In this document: positions 60,477-64,000 of the stretch, in pieces
Layout of the letters: every line of letters starts with the position of its first letter
Position numbering within the stretch: position 1 is the first letter of the stretch
Assembly (NCBI GenBank): GCA_905178155.1
Contig: CAJINV010000005.1
Span: forward strand, 5,731,754 to 5,795,753
From: Amoebophrya sp. A120
Lineage: Eukaryota > Protista > Dinoflagellata
Length of the DNA stretch: 64,000 nucleotides
Reading direction: 5' to 3'
Translations under genes and position numbers: made by a program
Notes under the pieces: generated by a model
The model's database searches: none
The model's input: only the letters and a program-made list of their open reading frames with translations
What the model was told of the DNA's origin: nothing

Positions 60477-62809
60477 CTAGACATTGTGGTGGAGTGTGGA
60501 TTTGTTGTATTTGGAAAGCACCGGATTGCTTCCATTTTCTCGTTCATTTTTGACATGTATGACGGGGCACAACTCCCGCCCTTCGTCCCCTTGATTTGTC
60601 ATGCAAAACCCCATAGTCCAGTCACTCCCCCCTTGCTGCACTGTTTGCACGACAGATTCCGGAAGCCGGAACGGCACTGCATCGGGCACATTAGTTTGTC
60701 ATGCATAGGCTCCACGTGCGCAGCTGGTGTTCGTATTGCTGTTCATGCCAAATACAAATGAGAGCGAGGGAGGACAGTTGTGCACTCTCATAACATGCAG
60801 ACGCCGCGCGTGGTGTCTGTTTAACACGTAGTACAGCATGAGGAACTGCTATGCTATGCAAAATCGCGGCCATCTTCAACACCTACCTGGTCATGCACAT
60901 GACGCATAAAAAATTCTAGCTGTCGTGTCATTCTGATTGATTCTGGCATGACAAACTTTCGTAGATGGGCACGATTTCGACAATTTTTCAGAGGATAAAA
61001 ACAACAGCACCGCAGCGGTCGCAGTATGGGTGGCCGTATGAAGTGCAAGTATCGTTCTGGGTCTGGTAAGAACCACCTTGTTATGCTGGAGTGTGGATAA
61101 GTACTTTCTTAAATTGTTGTTGTTTCAAGTGAAGTCGTGCGTCCACCCGCACACCAGATTACAGCCAGCGTTGTCTTGCATGACGAAGAATTCAGCGCTG
61201 CCTCCCGGTCCACCGCACGCAATGCAGAGTAGATTTTTTTCTGGGACAAGCACAAGTGCAACAAGAGGACACGCAATAGAAACAACACTTTTCCAGACCC
61301 AGATTACAATTAGTTGCAACGCATAGACGAGCTGCTCCCCGAGGAATTTTCGTTGCTGCCCGTATAATTGCCGATCATTTCCGAACAGTACTTCCGGCAT
61401 TGTGGCCGCAAAATAGCTGAACCCGACGAAAACCAAAATTCCGACTGCGACCGCGGTTTTGTTGCACAGAGAGAACACCAGGATAGTTGTCGTACAAGTT
61501 GTGGAAAAACTACTTTCATCGTCGTGGTTCTTCATCAACGCCGAACCCGAAGAGTGTTTGTAGTCCAGCACCTTGCAGCTGTTGCAAAAGAAGTTCTTCT
61601 GTCGTGCGATAAGCTGCGTCTCTTCCTCCTCCTCCTCCCTCGTCCCGTGCGGCTCGCGACAGCTGCGACTGTTCGAGGCGAACAACGACGTTCTTGATCT
61701 ACTGGAAGTACTACAACTGGAGCTGCACCCCTTCACGGCCGCAACCAGACCACAGAAAAAGATGATGATCAACAGCAAGCACCCGATATCGTAAAGAAAA
61801 AGGCGTTTCACTGTGATGATGTATCTATTATTTGCACGTTTGTTCGCATCACAAGTTTTTCATTCTGCATGTGTAGAAGCAAGACAAACACTTCCTCCGC
61901 GTTGCCTCCTGTGCCTCGTGAAACAGTTTTTTTCTTGCGATACGCGATGGCGTCGCTGTACAACATCCCCGCCGGGAGCATCGCGTATGATACGGAACAA
62001 CTCGCCTGTCGATCTCCAGCTCGTCCTGGTTGTTCTTGTTTGGTATTCTACCACGCAATATCCAGGGCCCCTTGTACTACTTGGAAGACTTGCATGACAA
62101 GCTGCAACGGTACTCGAAGAAATAAGCGCACTACCGTAGTTGGGTCGGGGTATAAATTCGTCATGCAGTATAGGCTGCTTTGTTTGTTTGTTCTAATGCT
62201 GCTCCACCTGCCATGCAAACGCTCTAAATCTACAGGATTAGAACTAGTTGTCCACTATCATACCACGCGCGGGCCAAACGGAGAGGAGGCCTGCTGTTCG
62301 TCGTCGGAGCTTGAGGAGGAGCCAGTCGCTACCAAAAACCGTGAAAAGACCGCGAGGAATTTGGAAGCGAAGCCGAGCATCAACGTCTGCTGTGCCACCT
62401 GATCTTCGGCTGATGAGGAACTCGTGCTGGCGGGTAACACCACAGAGGGACGACGACCTCCAGGGTGATGATCACCAACCTGTTGATGGGACGACGAAAG
62501 CGGCGTGATAGTGATAGACCTAGTAGAATTTTCCCTCGTCCACGTCCCACTCTGTTCGCCCGACGACGCCACTTTAATCGCAGGAGACGTCGATAGCCGC
62601 CCAGCATGGGGATCAACACCCGCCATGATTTCCAGGTCGTTAAACCAGCTTGTCATGGTGGAGGGAGCAGTCCTTTCGCTGGTGTCCAAATCCGTTTCGC
62701 TGGTGAGCAGATGATCGTCCCGTGGAGGTACTATCCCGCGTGAAATGGCAGCTACGATCACCCATGCATAATTACAACTCATCACACAAATAACTACTAC
62801 ATAGTACAT
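60477..62809 (-). CDS. multi-exon membrane protein, partial model
   Basis: Spliced MLYSDAIA-CLLLIIIFFCGLVAAV plus further hydrophobic segments. Several junctions are unresolved. Confidence 0.4.
60558..60792. mobile_element. introner, family 5 (235 nt), DR ACATG
   Basis: TATGACGGGGCACAACT...AGTTGTGCACTCTCATA; related to 24370. Confidence 0.88.
61037..61325. mobile_element. degenerate family-1 introner (289 nt)
   Basis: TATGAAGTGCAAG...TCTGGGTCTGG ... CCAGACCCAGA...TTGCAACGCATA; the DR is eroded. Confidence 0.7.
61787..61942. mobile_element. introner, family 4 (156 nt), DR CCCGA/CGCGA
   Basis: TATCGTAAAGAAAA...CAGTTTTTTTCTTGCGATA; the frame is restored. Confidence 0.82.
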
Positions 62810-63139
62810 ACAGAATAAAAAGTGCAGGTAGTACTAGTACTAGTACTAGGCACTGTACAACGTAACTAGGATGTTTCGCAACATCGTCACAAATTGATGT
62901 TCTTGATACAGGGTGATGGTGCTGCTTTGAAATAGCATATCAGCTGCGTCGATCATCGGAGAGGTATTTTCTGATGGCTGCGCAAGCGCTAGCGCGTGAT
63001 CCTTCTCATCGTCCTTGTAGCCCTCGGTGTAGTCCGTGTGTCGTCCTGCGAAGAGATCATTTGAGATGCAATTACTTTTCATCACAACAATGAAACATAA
63101 TCGACTTCCTTAACGAAGAAGACAGACGCTGCGTGGTGG

Positions 63140-63955
63140 CTAGGGAGAAAAAAAGTGCGAGCATGCCGATGCCCCCATCTTGTGGTGTGCGAGTTGCTGT
63201 AGCCAAGAGTGACTTGCGTTGTTAAGATTTGAATGCATTTGCCGAAGCAATAAAATACCTGGGGAAATGATCGCCGGGGGCTGAGGCATGACGGTCCTGT
63301 CGTGACGCTCAGCATCATCTAATTCATTCTCCTGTTTGACTGGAATCCCATCCTCCTGCTTAATACGGAGTTTGGTGCTCTCCCGCAGCTTTCTGGGCCT
63401 CGTGGAGATGTGTGTTATTTGTTCCCTCTGCCGGCGTCCTGGCGAAGTAGGAATTGTGCCAGCTACCTTCTTCACCTGGTGTTGTTCCATTGACTCGTAC
63501 TTGCGACTCAAGCGGTGATCGTCGTCCCCGCGGCTGTTCTCGTTTTTCTCATTTTTAGTTGCAGGAGGACTATTCTCTGCCGCGGTAGAGCGCTGTTCTG
63601 CCGGCGAACCTCCCTCGTGGACGTGTTGGTTGGCTGGGGCCAGGGACGTCCCCAAAGATGTTGTAGAAGTTGCTGACGAATCAAGCAGCTCCCCGGCACT
63701 GGAGATCTTCTCCTTCTGCTGGATCTCGGCAGTGGTGGATGTACTGTTGCTGCTCTTATTTTCCTCCAGAAGTGACGATGACGCTTGCACTACTTGATGA
63801 AGATCATGCTCCAGCAGGTCGACGTCGTTTTCGTCCGAAAGTGCGGTGAGCTGTCCTTGCCCGCCTGCGGTTACTTGTTGGTCTGGAGCCCGATCGTCAA
63901 AGGCGAAGAAAGAAGTGCTGGCCCTGTCACGATCACCTCCAAGCGCATGGGGGCG
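63140..63955 (-). CDS. low-complexity hypothetical protein, likely 3-prime exon
   Basis: Open frame of about 270 codons rich in S/E/Q; the 5-prime part is unresolved at the window edge. Confidence 0.4.
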   Translation of the reverse strand, partial: RPHALGGDRDRASTSFFAFDDRAPDQQVTAGGQGQLTALSDENDVDLLEHDLHQVVQASSSLLEENKSSNSTSTTAEIQQKEKISSAGELLDSSATSTTSLGTSLAPANQHVHEGGSPAEQRSTAAENSPPATKNEKNENSRGDDDHRLSRKYESMEQHQVKKVAGTIPTSPGRRQREQITHISTRPRKLRESTKLRIKQEDGIPVKQENELDDAERHDRTVMPQPPAIISPGILLLRQMHSNLNNASHSWLQQLAHHKMGASACSHFFSP

Positions 63956-64000
63956 TCAGGCTTCGAATCTTCGGCAAAGTTGAACTGCTCTGCGATGCAT

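Noticed and set aside
61125-61325. C-terminal part of ORF 61125..61811 as additional TM segments
   Set aside because: It is read-through into the degenerate introner 61037-61325.
54177-62262. Further candidate introners at about 54177-54348, 60850-60997 and 62044-62262
   Set aside because: They contain the octamer and end-like sequence, but the DR and frame restoration could not be established.

Overview
Eukaryotic, gene-dense nuclear DNA. The architecture strongly resembles the parasitic syndinean dinoflagellate Amoebophrya, which is inferred from the pattern and not verified. The dominant signal is about 45 short (mostly 120-345 nt) miniature inverted-repeat elements from roughly 10 sequence families. 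They sit almost exclusively inside coding sequence and share one grammar: TAT...ATA termini, family-specific terminal inverted repeats (TIRs), a 5-nt flanking direct repeat (DR) and multiple internal TGTCATGC/GCATGACA-type octamers. Removing element plus one DR copy restores long reading frames in either element orientation. The junctions examined give no GT-AG boundaries, so these are non-canonical introner-type introns. Reconstructed genes include an RRP46-like exosome subunit, a membrane-anchored Tox-ART-HYD1-like ADP-ribosyltransferase, a RING-H2 protein with a huge loop insertion, a tandem paralog pair (one with 3 introners, one with none) and an AlkB-like 2OG-Fe(II) oxygenase. All genes left of about 34.5 kb are on + and all genes right of about 36 kb are on -, converging on an AT-rich island. 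The window also holds a truncated tyrosine recombinase between 29-nt direct repeats and a 488-nt tandem unit nested inside one introner. Gene models were spliced and translated by hand.
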